From a virus (taxonomy: Duplodnaviria; Caudoviricetes): a DNA stretch of 64,000 bases. This document shows positions 15,727-26,701 of the stretch, one piece after another. The translations under genes and the position numbers were made by a program. Each line of letters starts with the position of its first letter. Position 1 is the stretch's first letter. The notes beneath the pieces were generated by a model. That model ran no database searches. It was not told the origin of the DNA and worked only from the letters and a program-made list of their open reading frames with translations. Location: positions 10,414-74,413 of the IMG/VR virus record IMGVR_UViG_3300027776_000002. The stretch is one strand, 5' to 3'.

Positions 15727-17025
15727 ATGCAAGACAACACCATGAACCTCAACGAAGGACAGCAAGCCGCAGCTGATGGTTTCTTTCAATTCCTGTTCGA
15801 CAAAGGTACCGAGCTGATCATTAGCGGACCTGGAGGCGTGGGTAAAACATTTCTGATGGGACACATGATCGACGAAATCATGCCTCGCTATCAGAGGACA
15901 TGCAAAATGATGGGCATTCGGTCAGAGTTCGACGACGTGGTGATGACAGCCACAACGAACAAAGCTGCGGAAGTTCTCAGCATTGCAACCAATCGTCCGA
16001 CTCAGACGATCCATTCCTTCATGAATCTTAAAGTGAAGGATGATTACAAGACTGGCAAGAGTCTTCTTGAGAAGACGAACAACTGGCGCATCCATAGGAA
16101 CATGATCATCTTTGTCGATGAAGCATCGATGATCGATCATGCTCTATTGGAGAAGATTCGTGAAGGTACGTTCCAGTGCAAGATCGTGTACGTCGGTGAT
16201 CATTGTCAGCTGGCTCCGATCATGGAACCAATCAGCCCAATCTATCGCTACAACCTGCCATTCTTTGAACTGACGGAACCAATGCGAAATAACAATCAGC
16301 CTGCGCTGATGCAACTATGTCAGCAACTTCGAAATACGGTTGAAACAGGTGACTTCTACCCAGTGCGTATTCGCCCTGGTGTTATCGATCTATTGAATGA
16401 TGCAGAAATGGAAGCTGAAATCGAGAACACATTTAAGCAAGATGCCGATGCTCGAATTCTGGCTTACACCAATCAACGTGTCGTGATGTACAACAATCAC
16501 ATTCGAGAACTTCGTCAGTTCCATGACACCTACATTCTGGGTGAGAGACTCATCAACAACAGCGCCATCCAAACATCCAAGGGAATGATCTCCGTCGAAG
16601 AGGAATTGGAAATCATTAAATTAGGTAGTGCGATCGAAACAATCCACATTGATGGTCAAGTTTCAATGGATGTTCGATACGCCGATCTGCAAAACAAGTT
16701 CGGAGATGTGTATACCGATGTTCCTCTACCAGAGGACAAAGAGCATTTCCATCAATTGATCAAATTCTATGGAAAGAATAAAGCCTGGAATCATTATTTT
16801 CATTTAAAAAACAGCTATCCTGATCTCCGTCCTCGTGATGCTGCTACAGTGCATAAAGCCCAAGGCAGCACCTACGACACAGTATACGTCGATTTGACAA
16901 ACCTGAGCACCTGTCGCAATCCAATCGAAGCCGCTCGACTCTTATACGTGGCATTTACCCGTGCTCGCAATCGAGTCGTCCTCTATGGACAGTTGGCGGA
17001 CAAGTACGGAGGTCTGATTCAGTAG
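15727..17025 (+). CDS. SF1B (Dda/RecD-like) DNA helicase
   Basis: GPGGVGKT, DEASM, VGDHCQLAP, TVHKAQGSTY, YVAFTRAR; start moved to the GGAG-preceded ATG 15727. Confidence 0.93.
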   Translation: MQDNTMNLNEGQQAAADGFFQFLFDKGTELIISGPGGVGKTFLMGHMIDEIMPRYQRTCKMMGIRSEFDDVVMTATTNKAAEVLSIATNRPTQTIHSFMNLKVKDDYKTGKSLLEKTNNWRIHRNMIIFVDEASMIDHALLEKIREGTFQCKIVYVGDHCQLAPIMEPISPIYRYNLPFFELTEPMRNNNQPALMQLCQQLRNTVETGDFYPVRIRPGVIDLLNDAEMEAEIENTFKQDADARILAYTNQRVVMYNNHIRELRQFHDTYILGERLINNSAIQTSKGMISVEEELEIIKLGSAIETIHIDGQVSMDVRYADLQNKFGDVYTDVPLPEDKEHFHQLIKFYGKNKAWNHYFHLKNSYPDLRPRDAATVHKAQGSTYDTVYVDLTNLSTCRNPIEAARLLYVAFTRARNRVVLYGQLADKYGGLIQ

Positions 17026-17033
17026 GAGTCATC

Positions 17034-17552
17034 ATGAAAAATTCGCACGAATGGATCGACAAAATCATTGCAGCATTGTTCGCACCAGAAAAACGTCGAA
17101 TCGATAAGATGGTGGAAGATCTCAACCGCAAAAATTCAGAGATCAAGAAGAAAGTCTTCCACGGATTCATACATCTTGGGGAACGGTATATACCCGGAGC
17201 CTCCAAGCCACAGATGGTGACGAATCGTCGAATGCAGATACCAATGCCATCACTCGCATTCGAGTTGAACGACGAAGCAAGTGCCTTCATATCGGATGTT
17301 AGAAAAGTCCAATTGGACGAAGATCAAATTAGGCAAGTCCTATTCAAGTTACTTCACCAAGCCAACAGTCTTCAAGAGATTCGAGATTCACTCCCAGACT
17401 CAGTTGTCCCATTGGTTCCAGAAATAGCCCAACTTAATCGTTGTACCGAAAACCCAACATGGTTCATTCGCAATGACGCTCGTGCTCTGAAGATGTACGA
17501 AAAGATGCTTCCAAAAATCGAGATGTATGCGATAAGCCGATTGATCTACTGA
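17034..17552 (+). CDS. Conserved N4-like hypothetical protein between helicase and polymerase
   Basis: AGGAG SD; same position as in N4-type gene order. Confidence 0.75.
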   Translation: MKNSHEWIDKIIAALFAPEKRRIDKMVEDLNRKNSEIKKKVFHGFIHLGERYIPGASKPQMVTNRRMQIPMPSLAFELNDEASAFISDVRKVQLDEDQIRQVLFKLLHQANSLQEIRDSLPDSVVPLVPEIAQLNRCTENPTWFIRNDARALKMYEKMLPKIEMYAISRLIY

Positions 17553-17560
17553 GGTTTCCA

Positions 17561-20182
17561 ATGGCATACTTGACCTACTCTGCAACGGAGCACGGCAACT
17601 ATCCGCTTTGCTTTTTGGTTCCAAGCATCCGCAAGGAAGAGATCCAGAAAGAGTACATCGATCCATTCGAAATCCCGCATGACGATGTGCTCGTTCTGGA
17701 TCTGCACTACTCCCAAGACAAGAAGAAGACACCAGCGGAAGAAATGAAAGAGTTCATCACCAGTGAATTGGTGCGAATTCTTGAAGACATGCAAGTGAAA
17801 TATATTGCAGTCGCAGATGCGGATTACTTCAAGCTGTTGACGAAAGTCACGAAGGTCGATGTCAATCTTGGCTACGTGTTGGACTGCGCATACGGTCCAT
17901 GGAAAGTTGCGTATATACCGAACTACCGATCAGTGTTCTATGACCCGGTGAAGGTGCGCGCAAAGATCAAGCAAGGAATGGAAGCGTTGGTTGCACACGC
18001 TTCCAATAGCTATGAAGTTCCAGGCAACGACATCATCCACTTCGCTGAATATCCTAGAACCAATAAGGAAATTGAAGCATGGTTGGAAAGACTTCTGGCG
18101 ATGGATTGTGATCTCACTATCGACATCGAAGCATTCGACCTAAAGCATCACAAGGCAGGGATTGGCACGATCACGTTCTGTTGGTCGAAGCATGAAGGCA
18201 TTGCCTTCCCAGTAGATTACGTCGAGATTCCTGGAGCCACAGAAGCACCATTCGGACGACAAGTCCGGAACGAAGAAATTCGGATTTTGCTCAGAAGTTT
18301 TTTCGAAAGATATTTGCGACGTGCAATCTATCACAGCATCAGCTATGACGTATACGACTTGATTTATCAGTTGTATATGACAAATCTTTTGGACAATGAA
18401 GGTCTACTTCAAGGCATCGAAATTCTTCTCAGAAATTGGGAAGACACGAAACTCATCACCTATCTGGCAACAAATAGCTGTGCAGGGAACAAGCTCTCGC
18501 TGAAAGATCAAGCCCAGGAGTATTCAGGCAACTATGCTCAAAGCGAAATTGCTGACATCACCCGAATTCCGTTGACAGATTTACTGAGATACAACCTCAT
18601 TGATGGACTATCTACTTGGTACGTCTATGAGAAGTATTGGCAGACAATGATCGATGATAAGCAAGAAGAGATCTACATCAATCTTTTCAAGCCAGCAACT
18701 ATCGACATCATCCAGATGCAATTGACTGGTCTGCCGGTAAATAAGCAGCGTGCGATAGAAGTCAACGCTCAGCTGACCAAAGAAGAAGAAGCACTGAATC
18801 AAAAGATCTTATCCAATCCGATCATCGAGGAATTCACGAGAGACTATCTCAACGTGGAATACGCCAACAAGATGAACGCAAAGTGGAAGAAGAAGAGGAT
18901 CACTCCACAGGAAGCAAATCAAGTTTTCAATCCGAATTCGGATCAGCAGAAACGAGCACTGTTTTTCACTTGGCTGCAGTTACCTGTGATTAATCTCACA
19001 GACAGCAAGTTGCCAAGCACGAATGGTGAAACTATCGAAGCGTTGATGAATCACACAGATCATCCGCTGTTGAAAGAATTGCTGGAATCATTCCAACTCC
19101 TGTCAATCATCAATACGCTCACGACGAATTTCATGCCGAATATCTTGACAGCTGTCGAGGGTCCAGATGGTTGGCATTACTTGTTCGGGAACTACAACCT
19201 TGGAGGGACAATTTCAGGGCGTCTCAGTAGCTCGGATCCAAATCTGCAAAATCTCCCAAGCACAGGCAAGGGGCATAAGATCAAATTGGTGTACATCAAG
19301 ATGGTGAAGAGTTGTTTCCAAGCACCACCTGGATGGATGTTCTGTGGTGTGGATTTCGCATCGTTGGAAGATCGAATCTCAGCACTTACTACGAAGGATC
19401 CGAACAAGCTCAAAGTCTATACGGATGGTTACGATGGGCATTCGCTTCGTGCATTTGCGTACTTCGGAAAGCAGATGCCGGACATCGATGGCAATTCAGT
19501 CGATAGCATCAATTCGATTCAGAAGAAGTACAAGCCCCTCCGAGATAGATCTAAAAATCCCACATTCACTTTGACGTATCAGGGCACTTGGCACGCACTT
19601 GTTAAGAAATACGGATTTACTCCAGAACAGGCAAAAGAAGTCGAAAGGCTGTATCATGTTCTATACGAAGTGAGTGATGCGTGGGTTAACAAGCAACTCG
19701 ATGCAGCTATGACCGATGGCTATATCACAGCCGCCTTCGGATTGCGACTCAGGACGCCTCTCCTGAAACAGGTAATTCGAGGCAATAGCAAGACGCCCTA
19801 TGAGGCAGAAGCCGAAGGGAGAACAGCTGGTAACGCTCTAGGCCAAAGCTGGTGCCTGCTCAACAGCCGCGCCTGGGTCGAGTTCATGCAAAAGGTCAGG
19901 CAATCAAAATTTCGATGTGCCATTCGACCATGCGCTCAAATCCACGATGCGGGATACGCCTTAGTCAAGGATGATATCGCACCACTGATGTTCATGAACG
20001 AACACTTGATCGAAGCAGTGAAGTGGCAAAACCATCCTGACATTTGGCATGACGAAGTGAAAATCGGCGGTGAACTCGGAATCTTTTATCCAAATTGGAA
20101 CACTGAAATCACCATCCCCAATTCTGCGACAGCAGATCAAATCTTCGAGATCATCGAAGACAACCTAAAGGAAAAGAAATGA
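17561..20182 (+). CDS. Family A DNA polymerase (N4 gp39-like)
   Basis: Exo I DIEAF, GRLSSSDPNLQNLP, motif A DFASLEDRI, motif B KNPTFTLTYQG, motif C QIHDA; uninterrupted. Confidence 0.96.
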   Translation: MAYLTYSATEHGNYPLCFLVPSIRKEEIQKEYIDPFEIPHDDVLVLDLHYSQDKKKTPAEEMKEFITSELVRILEDMQVKYIAVADADYFKLLTKVTKVDVNLGYVLDCAYGPWKVAYIPNYRSVFYDPVKVRAKIKQGMEALVAHASNSYEVPGNDIIHFAEYPRTNKEIEAWLERLLAMDCDLTIDIEAFDLKHHKAGIGTITFCWSKHEGIAFPVDYVEIPGATEAPFGRQVRNEEIRILLRSFFERYLRRAIYHSISYDVYDLIYQLYMTNLLDNEGLLQGIEILLRNWEDTKLITYLATNSCAGNKLSLKDQAQEYSGNYAQSEIADITRIPLTDLLRYNLIDGLSTWYVYEKYWQTMIDDKQEEIYINLFKPATIDIIQMQLTGLPVNKQRAIEVNAQLTKEEEALNQKILSNPIIEEFTRDYLNVEYANKMNAKWKKKRITPQEANQVFNPNSDQQKRALFFTWLQLPVINLTDSKLPSTNGETIEALMNHTDHPLLKELLESFQLLSIINTLTTNFMPNILTAVEGPDGWHYLFGNYNLGGTISGRLSSSDPNLQNLPSTGKGHKIKLVYIKMVKSCFQAPPGWMFCGVDFASLEDRISALTTKDPNKLKVYTDGYDGHSLRAFAYFGKQMPDIDGNSVDSINSIQKKYKPLRDRSKNPTFTLTYQGTWHALVKKYGFTPEQAKEVERLYHVLYEVSDAWVNKQLDAAMTDGYITAAFGLRLRTPLLKQVIRGNSKTPYEAEAEGRTAGNALGQSWCLLNSRAWVEFMQKVRQSKFRCAIRPCAQIHDAGYALVKDDIAPLMFMNEHLIEAVKWQNHPDIWHDEVKIGGELGIFYPNWNTEITIPNSATADQIFEIIEDNLKEKK

Positions 20183-20562
20183 ATCCAAATCAAAAGAATC
20201 ACCATCATCTGATCTCTGGCGAAATCGTATTCCAACAGGAAGGCGAAGAAGGTATCGCTTCGATTCGATGCAACGGTGTCCTAATCGCTGATACTCGTGA
20301 TCTGCCCGTTCGTCTAATGGGTAAGGCTCAGCAAATCCTGCAAGTAAATTTCCACAATCGCATGAAGGGTCAAAAAATCCAAGTGCTTGATGTGGTGCTG
20401 ATGAACTTTACCTATTTGGGTCATATGACCCAAGAGGAATTTAATCAGCCTCCGCAAGGCACTAAACTACAAGAAAAAACTCAACCTGTTCCCGATTTGG
20501 AAACCGCAATCGCAGAAGCTAAGACTCAATCGAGCAATAGTGTTCCTGCCAATCCGAGGTGA
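20179..20562 (+). CDS. Conserved N4-like hypothetical protein
   Basis: ATGA overlap with the polymerase stop. Confidence 0.7.
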   Translation: MNPNQKNHHHLISGEIVFQQEGEEGIASIRCNGVLIADTRDLPVRLMGKAQQILQVNFHNRMKGQKIQVLDVVLMNFTYLGHMTQEEFNQPPQGTKLQEKTQPVPDLETAIAEAKTQSSNSVPANPR

Positions 20563-20565
20563 TCC

Positions 20566-20841
20566 ATGTCCAATGACGCAGGCGGTGGTCTGACTAGCTA
20601 TTACCTCGTTCAAGTGGGTTATCCACAACGCGAGGAACAAGGACCATATCAAGCAGAGTGCGAAGACATTATCGAAGCACTTGAACTAACTTTCGATGAA
20701 GGTAATATCTTCAAAGCAATTTGGAGAAATGCCAATGCACGAAAGGGTCGAGCGAAACCAGGAAATACTGCAATTCGTGATGCCGAAAAAATTCTGCATT
20801 ACGCTGGCAGGATTCATCGCAAGGCATCAAGAGAAAACTGA
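20566..20841 (+). CDS. Hypothetical protein, DUF3310-like
   Basis: GGLTSYY...ECEDIIEAL..TFDEGNIFKAIWR...D.EK..HYA. Confidence 0.65.
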   Translation: MSNDAGGGLTSYYLVQVGYPQREEQGPYQAECEDIIEALELTFDEGNIFKAIWRNANARKGRAKPGNTAIRDAEKILHYAGRIHRKASREN

Positions 20842-20846
20842 TCGTG

Positions 20847-20881
20847 GATCGTAGCTCTTTCTTGGAGCTACGATCTTTTTT
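20847..20881 (+). terminator. Rho-independent terminator
   Basis: GATCGTAGCTC/GAGCTACGATC followed by TTTTT. Confidence 0.85.
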
Positions 20882-20899
20882 ATTTCACAGGAGGACACT

Positions 20900-21922
20900 A
20901 TGCCTATCACAAATCAAGGCGACATCCCGTTAGGATTAGCTGTTTGGTTGGTTCATGATGAATACGACTACATCAACCAACCGAATTACATTTCGGTAAC
21001 GAGTTTGATGAAACCACTTCGTCATATCATTCTTCCACCACGAGTTCCAAGAGAACTTCAGCAATCGGATGTGCAGGATTTCGTCTCCCGTGCACTCGGT
21101 CATTCTCTACATGACAGTATCGAGAAAGCATGGGTCAAAGGATACCGTCGAAGCCTTCAACTGATGGGCTATCCAGACAGTGTCATCGATCGAATTCTAA
21201 TTAACCCGACCCCAGAAGAACTGGCCATGATTAAAGATCCAATTCCCGTTTATCTCGAACAGCGTGCATTCCGAAAGATTGTGGTCAATGGAACGATATA
21301 CACCATCGGTGGCAAATTCGACATGACCGCTGATGGAATTCTCCACGACAACAAATCCACCACTGCTTATACCTGGCTTTACGGAACTAGAGATGATGAA
21401 CATAAACTGCAAGGTAGCTTGTACAAGTGGTTGGATAAGGACGGTTACACAGATGCGAAATGCGAATGTCCACTGGGCTTGAATCGCATCACCGAAGATT
21501 TCATCCGCATCAATTACATCTTCACCGATTGGCAGAAGATGTCTGCTCGCCAGAATCCAAAGTATCCTCAAAGCAGAATTCTCTATAAGGACATTCCATT
21601 GATGACGGATTCCGAAGTGGATGCGTGGATCAAATGGAAAGTGGGTCTAGTGGAGCAATACAAAAACACTCCTGAAAACCAACTTCCGGAATGTACTGAT
21701 GAAGAGCTATGGCGTTCATCTCCACAGTACAAGTATTATGCTGATCCAACCAAAACCAATGGGCGTTCGACAAAGAATTTCGACGATCCAGGCGAAGCCC
21801 GAGCGTATTTGGCAGAGAAGGGTGGTCGAGGAGTTGTCCTAACTGTTCCGGGTGAAGTAAAACGATGCGGTTATTGCAACGCATTCCCCATCTGCACGCA
21901 AAAAGACAGGTACTTCCCATGA
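20900..21922 (+). CDS. PD-(D/E)XK exonuclease (N4 gp42-like)
   Basis: SVTSL, GHSLHDSIE, GGKFD...LHDNKST, C-terminal C.YC..F.IC.Q. Confidence 0.8.
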   Translation: MPITNQGDIPLGLAVWLVHDEYDYINQPNYISVTSLMKPLRHIILPPRVPRELQQSDVQDFVSRALGHSLHDSIEKAWVKGYRRSLQLMGYPDSVIDRILINPTPEELAMIKDPIPVYLEQRAFRKIVVNGTIYTIGGKFDMTADGILHDNKSTTAYTWLYGTRDDEHKLQGSLYKWLDKDGYTDAKCECPLGLNRITEDFIRINYIFTDWQKMSARQNPKYPQSRILYKDIPLMTDSEVDAWIKWKVGLVEQYKNTPENQLPECTDEELWRSSPQYKYYADPTKTNGRSTKNFDDPGEARAYLAEKGGRGVVLTVPGEVKRCGYCNAFPICTQKDRYFP

Positions 21923-24075
21923 TCGATATGACAGGCGTGGAGCACCATCCAGCAATCGAAGAGATTACTGAAGTGCTCTGCAACAAAACACAGAACACCG
22001 ACAGGGGGTTTTTTCGCACAGAAGTTGCTTACTTCCTTGCGAAGATGGCAAGCAACATGCGAGCTACCATTGTCACGAAAGATCGTGGCGATATTCCAGT
22101 AAATCTCTATGCATTAGCTCTGGCAACATCGGGTTTCGGTAAGGGTCACTCCGTCAACATCATGGAGAATGAATTTATCCGTGGGTTCAAGAAGCGTTTC
22201 ATGGAAGACGCTCTCCCAGTGATCGCAGAAAAACATCTCTGGGACATTGCAAACGACCGTGCTGCTCGCAATGGATCGGATCCTGCTGAGGAATACGAAA
22301 CCATCGAAAAGGAATTCAAGCGGGCTGGCGCCTATCCTTTCACCTTTGACAGTGGTACTCCACCGGCAGTAAAACAGTTACGCCACAAACTGTTGCTTGC
22401 AAACTGCGGGGCTATCAATTTGCAAATCGATGAGATCGGATCCAATTTGATTGGTTCGACTGACGTGCTTACTCTATTTCTTGAGCTTTATGATCAAGGT
22501 ACAGTAAAGCAAAAGCTCACCAAGAACACGAATGAAAACATTCGTGCTGAAGAATTAGATGGCAAGACACCAACAAATATGCTGCTGTTTGGTACGCCAA
22601 GCAAATTACTCGATGGTGGTCCAACCGAGGAGCAATTTTATTCGTTCCTTGAAACCGGCTATGCACGTCGTTGCTTGTTCGGATACGGTCAACATGATCG
22701 AAAGGCTTTCAACAGCCAAACTCCACAAGAGATTTATGCACGTCTGACCCAACCAACCAATCACAATGCAGTAGCAAAGTGGGCGAACCAATTTCACAAG
22801 CTGGCCGATCCTGCAATGTACGGCTGGAAGATGACCGTCGAAGACGACGTGGCAATTCGTCTCCTGGAATACAAGATCTACTGCGAGCGCAGTTCCGACT
22901 CGATGGCAGATCACGAAGAGATCCGAAAAGCCGAACTGAGCCATCGTTATTTCAAGGCTCTAAAACTGGCCGGTGCGTTCGCTTTCATTGACGAAAGTGC
23001 AGAGATCGAAATGAACCATCTGATGCAAGCAATTCTGCTTGTTGAAGAAAGTGGCAAATCATTTCAAACAATTCTTAGTCGTGAGAAAACTTATGTCAAG
23101 CTGGCAAAGTACATCGCAGCTGTGGGAACCGAAGTCACTCACGCTGACTTACTCGAAGCACTGCCATTCTACAAAAGTGGTAATGCTGCACGCAATGAAA
23201 TGATGACGCTTGCGATTGCCTGGGGTTATAGACAGCATATTGTGATCAAAAAATTCTTTATCGATGGAATCGAATTCTTCAAGGGTGAAACCTTGGAGGA
23301 AACGAATTTGGAACAAATGATCGTATCTTATAGTGATCACTGGGCATACAACTATGGGACCGAACGTGTTCCATTCGAGCAACTGCATGTGTTAACGCAA
23401 GCTCCAGGAATGCACTGGGCCAACCATGGCTTCAAGAACTTCCATCGTGCAGAAGAGAATGTCATCGCTGGGTTCAACATGGTCGTCATTGACGTGGATG
23501 GTGGTATCTCACTTGAAGCTGTACACGACCTGTTAAAGGAATACAAATTCATGACCTACACCACCAAGCGTCATCAAGTGGAAAATCATGGAGACAGATT
23601 CCGTGTAATTATTCCTATCAACTATGTACTGGAGTTGGACTCTGATGAATACAAAGAGTTCATGGTCAACATCACGAATTGGCTTCCATTTAAAACAGAT
23701 GAAGCTGCGAACCAAAGAGCAAGAAAATGGGAGTCGTTCGACGGTGGAACGTATCACTACAATCTCGAAGGTGAAATCCTGGATGCTCTGAAGTTCATCC
23801 CTAAGACTAGCAAAAACGAGCAGTACAAGCGTCACTTCCAGGAAGTCGAATCCCTCGACAATCTGGAACGGTGGTTCGCTCAGCGAATTGCTTCAGGTAA
23901 TCGAAACAACCAAATGTTGAGATATGCAATGGCTTTGGTTGATACTGGTATGTCATTGATGGATGTGAGTAAACAAGTACATTCTTTTAATGACAAGCTC
24001 AACACACCACTGGATAAAAACGAGATCGACACGACCATCATGGTGAGCGTGGCGAAGAAGTACACCGCCAGTTGA
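21919..24075 (+). CDS. DNA primase (N4 gp43-like)
   Basis: SGFGKG P-loop, IDEIGSNL, C-terminal GNRNNQMLRYA (PriCT-like); ATGA coupling at 21919. Confidence 0.85.
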   Translation: MIDMTGVEHHPAIEEITEVLCNKTQNTDRGFFRTEVAYFLAKMASNMRATIVTKDRGDIPVNLYALALATSGFGKGHSVNIMENEFIRGFKKRFMEDALPVIAEKHLWDIANDRAARNGSDPAEEYETIEKEFKRAGAYPFTFDSGTPPAVKQLRHKLLLANCGAINLQIDEIGSNLIGSTDVLTLFLELYDQGTVKQKLTKNTNENIRAEELDGKTPTNMLLFGTPSKLLDGGPTEEQFYSFLETGYARRCLFGYGQHDRKAFNSQTPQEIYARLTQPTNHNAVAKWANQFHKLADPAMYGWKMTVEDDVAIRLLEYKIYCERSSDSMADHEEIRKAELSHRYFKALKLAGAFAFIDESAEIEMNHLMQAILLVEESGKSFQTILSREKTYVKLAKYIAAVGTEVTHADLLEALPFYKSGNAARNEMMTLAIAWGYRQHIVIKKFFIDGIEFFKGETLEETNLEQMIVSYSDHWAYNYGTERVPFEQLHVLTQAPGMHWANHGFKNFHRAEENVIAGFNMVVIDVDGGISLEAVHDLLKEYKFMTYTTKRHQVENHGDRFRVIIPINYVLELDSDEYKEFMVNITNWLPFKTDEAANQRARKWESFDGGTYHYNLEGEILDALKFIPKTSKNEQYKRHFQEVESLDNLERWFAQRIASGNRNNQMLRYAMALVDTGMSLMDVSKQVHSFNDKLNTPLDKNEIDTTIMVSVAKKYTAS

Positions 24076-24142
24076 TTCGTAGCGACTGCCAGTTCTTTTG
24101 CTCGGCTTAGGACTGGCAGTTTTGCAAAGAGAGGAGGTTTCA

Positions 24143-24880
24143 ATGTCCGATGAAATACATGATACAAACGATCAGTTGGTTTTGATCGTGGGCTATTCAG
24201 CGACGGGTAAATCCGCATCGCTGCGAAACATTCGTGATCAACCAAAATGGATGTATTTGAATTGTGAAGCAGGCAAACGTTTACCTTTCAAAAACAAGTT
24301 CGATAGTTATCGAATTGAAGATCCATATCAGGTGCACGAAGCATTTGATCACGGTACTAATAATCCCTCTGTCAGTGGTATCATTACTGACTCATTAACG
24401 TTCCTGATGGATATGTATGAAACACAGTACGTTCTTCAGGCTACGAACACGATGCAGGGTTGGAGTAATTTCGCTCAGTTCTTCAAAGTTCTAATGCAGC
24501 AGAAAGTTACTGCATTTGGAAAGCCAACTATCTTCACTGCTCACGTCGGCGATATGTTAGATGAGAAAGCAATGGAGATCAAAACCTCAGTACCAATCAA
24601 GGGTTCTTTAAAGAACAATGGTATTGAAGCCTACTTCTCAACTGTCGTTGCTGCAAAGAAAGTTCCACTCAAGGAGATCGAAAAGTACAAGTCTAACTTG
24701 CTAACGATTACCGATGAGGAGAAAGAGTTGGGTTACAAGCATGTGTTTCAAACCCGACCAACCAAGACCACAACTGGAGAGCGTATTCGTTCGCCGATGG
24801 GAATGTTCTCTAAGGAAGAGACTTACATCGACAATGACGCTCAACTGTTGCTGGACCATCTCAGCGAGTTCTATCGCTGA
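24143..24880 (+). CDS. AAA-family (Sak4-like) ATPase (N4 gp44-like)
   Basis: Walker A GYSATGKS, DSLTFLMDMYE, RSPMGMF; GAGGAGG SD. Confidence 0.82.
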   Translation: MSDEIHDTNDQLVLIVGYSATGKSASLRNIRDQPKWMYLNCEAGKRLPFKNKFDSYRIEDPYQVHEAFDHGTNNPSVSGIITDSLTFLMDMYETQYVLQATNTMQGWSNFAQFFKVLMQQKVTAFGKPTIFTAHVGDMLDEKAMEIKTSVPIKGSLKNNGIEAYFSTVVAAKKVPLKEIEKYKSNLLTITDEEKELGYKHVFQTRPTKTTTGERIRSPMGMFSKEETYIDNDAQLLLDHLSEFYR

Positions 24881-24900
24881 ACCAACAAAAGGAAACCGAG

Positions 24901-25644
24901 ATGACGCTGTTCAACAAACTGACGAGTGATGGTCTGGAAAAATCCCAAGATCGTTTGGGTGGATTCAGTCCATTCGATTCGGGTATCTACAAGGGCAAAA
25001 TCAAAGCTGCTTATGCAGGACATTCACAAGGTGGTGCAATGTCTGTGACGATTCTCGTGGACATGAGTGGTAAGGAATACCGCGAAACGTTCTACGTCAC
25101 CAATAAGAAGGGTGAGAACTTCTTCCTCAACAAGGATGACAAGTCCAAGAAGGTTCCACTTCCGGGATTCACGATCGTCGATGACATCTGTCTGATCTGC
25201 ACTGGCAAGCCACTGGCAGAGCAGGACAGTGAAGAAAAGGTCATCAACATCTATGACTACGACGTCAAGAAGGAACTGCCAAAGTCGGTGCCGATGTTGA
25301 TCGAATTGCTGGGCAAGGAGATCTCGCTGGGTATTCTGAAGCAGTTGGAAAACAAGAATATCAAGCAGGGTGAGGAACACGTTGCCACTGCCGAAACCCG
25401 TGAAATCAACGTGGTGGACAAGGTGTTCCATCCAGAGATGAAGCTCACCGTAGCGGAAGCTCGCAATGGTCAGGACGAGGCGAAGTTCTACGATTCCTGG
25501 GAAGAGCGCAACAAGGGCGTGACCCGTGACAAGCGAACCATCAAGGATGGTGCTGGTGGTACGACGGGCGCTCCTCCGAAGAGCAATGCTCCTGCCGGTG
25601 GTGGTGCACAGCGTCAAAGCCTGTTCGGTCAGAAAGCGAAGTAA
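24901..25644 (+). CDS. Single-stranded DNA-binding protein (N4 gp45-like)
   Basis: QDRLGG, YRETFYVTN, KKVPLPGF pattern; flexible tail ending SLFG; follows gp44 as in N4. Confidence 0.85.
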   Translation: MTLFNKLTSDGLEKSQDRLGGFSPFDSGIYKGKIKAAYAGHSQGGAMSVTILVDMSGKEYRETFYVTNKKGENFFLNKDDKSKKVPLPGFTIVDDICLICTGKPLAEQDSEEKVINIYDYDVKKELPKSVPMLIELLGKEISLGILKQLENKNIKQGEEHVATAETREINVVDKVFHPEMKLTVAEARNGQDEAKFYDSWEERNKGVTRDKRTIKDGAGGTTGAPPKSNAPAGGGAQRQSLFGQKAK

Positions 25645-25649
25645 CACCG

Positions 25650-26231
25650 ATGAAGATCCCAGTCGTAGGATTCGATCCGAGTCTCAAAAACTGGGGGATT
25701 GCTGAAGCCATTTTGGATCTTCAAGATGGGATGCTCAGCACACCCACATTGTCCCTGGTTAATCCCAGGGACGATGCTGGGACTAAGAAGAAAGTTCGGG
25801 TCAACTCCCTGGATCTCGAAAAGGCCGAGCAACTGGCTAGCGGAACATTCGCAGCGGCATCGAGAGCAAAGGTTGTCTTCGTAGAAGTTCCTGTAGGAAG
25901 TCAATCAGCGAGAGCAATGGCGTCATACGGAATTTGTATAGGTATCCTTGGTTCTTTGCGATCTAAGGGGATTGAGATCATCGAAGTGACTCCTACAGAG
26001 AACAAGATGATCTTCACTGGATCCAAGACAGCAACAAAAGATGATATGATTCAGAAAGCAATCCAGCTATATCCAAATGCTAACTGGCCCATCGATAACC
26101 GAAAAGGGAAAGGTGGAATCATCATGGGAGAAGCCGAACACATGGCTGATGCAATTGCAGCAATCCATGCTGGGGTTCAAACTCCAGTATTCCAAAACCT
26201 CATGCGCCTACTACAGGCAACCAAGGAATAA
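25650..26231 (+). CDS. RuvC-like Holliday junction resolvase
   Basis: VVGFDPSLKNWG, FVEVP and HMADAIAAI acidic catalytic pattern. Confidence 0.82.
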   Translation: MKIPVVGFDPSLKNWGIAEAILDLQDGMLSTPTLSLVNPRDDAGTKKKVRVNSLDLEKAEQLASGTFAAASRAKVVFVEVPVGSQSARAMASYGICIGILGSLRSKGIEIIEVTPTENKMIFTGSKTATKDDMIQKAIQLYPNANWPIDNRKGKGGIIMGEAEHMADAIAAIHAGVQTPVFQNLMRLLQATKE

Positions 26232-26236
26232 ATGAA

Positions 26237-26677
26237 ATGCAGATCACACTGAACCAAGACGAGATTGAGACTGCGCTGCGGCGTTATGTGGAAGATCAGG
26301 TAAATATCCGAGAAGGTAACGAAATCACCATCGATCTGAAGGCAGGCCGTGGTGAGAACGGTTTCTCGGCAACCATCGACATCGTGCCTGCCGGATCGGC
26401 AGTTAAACCCCAGACTGCTCCAAGGAATATGCTTCCAACGAAGCCAGCGACCCAGGAACCTGCCCCGGTCACTTCGGCTCCCCAAGCTGCTGCAACTGCT
26501 CAAGAGACCGCACAGGACGCTGCTAGTGAGCCATCCAGCAATAGGGCTACCGATGCCCTAGCTCAGGACACATCGTCCACGGAAGCAGCTACGGAGGGTG
26601 CTCCACCGCCAACTGAGAAGCCACGGAGTCTGTTTGCTGCTTTGGGTAAGCCACGGAACGATCAGCCATCGGCTTGA
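26237..26677 (+). CDS. Conserved N4-like hypothetical protein with an Ala/Pro/Thr-rich tail
   Basis: MQITLNQDEIETALRRYV...IDLKAGRGENGFSATIDI; ends SLF. Confidence 0.75.
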   Translation: MQITLNQDEIETALRRYVEDQVNIREGNEITIDLKAGRGENGFSATIDIVPAGSAVKPQTAPRNMLPTKPATQEPAPVTSAPQAAATAQETAQDAASEPSSNRATDALAQDTSSTEAATEGAPPPTEKPRSLFAALGKPRNDQPSA

Positions 26678-26701
26678 TCAATCTACGAGGTAAGTTTGAA
26701 T

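Noticed and set aside
17561-20182. Intron or intein in the DNA polymerase (also checked terminase, portal, capsid)
   Set aside because: Frames are continuous, sizes are normal, and no intein or LAGLIDADG motifs were seen.
25024-25647. 207-aa minus-strand ORF
   Set aside because: Shadow ORF opposite the SSB gene.
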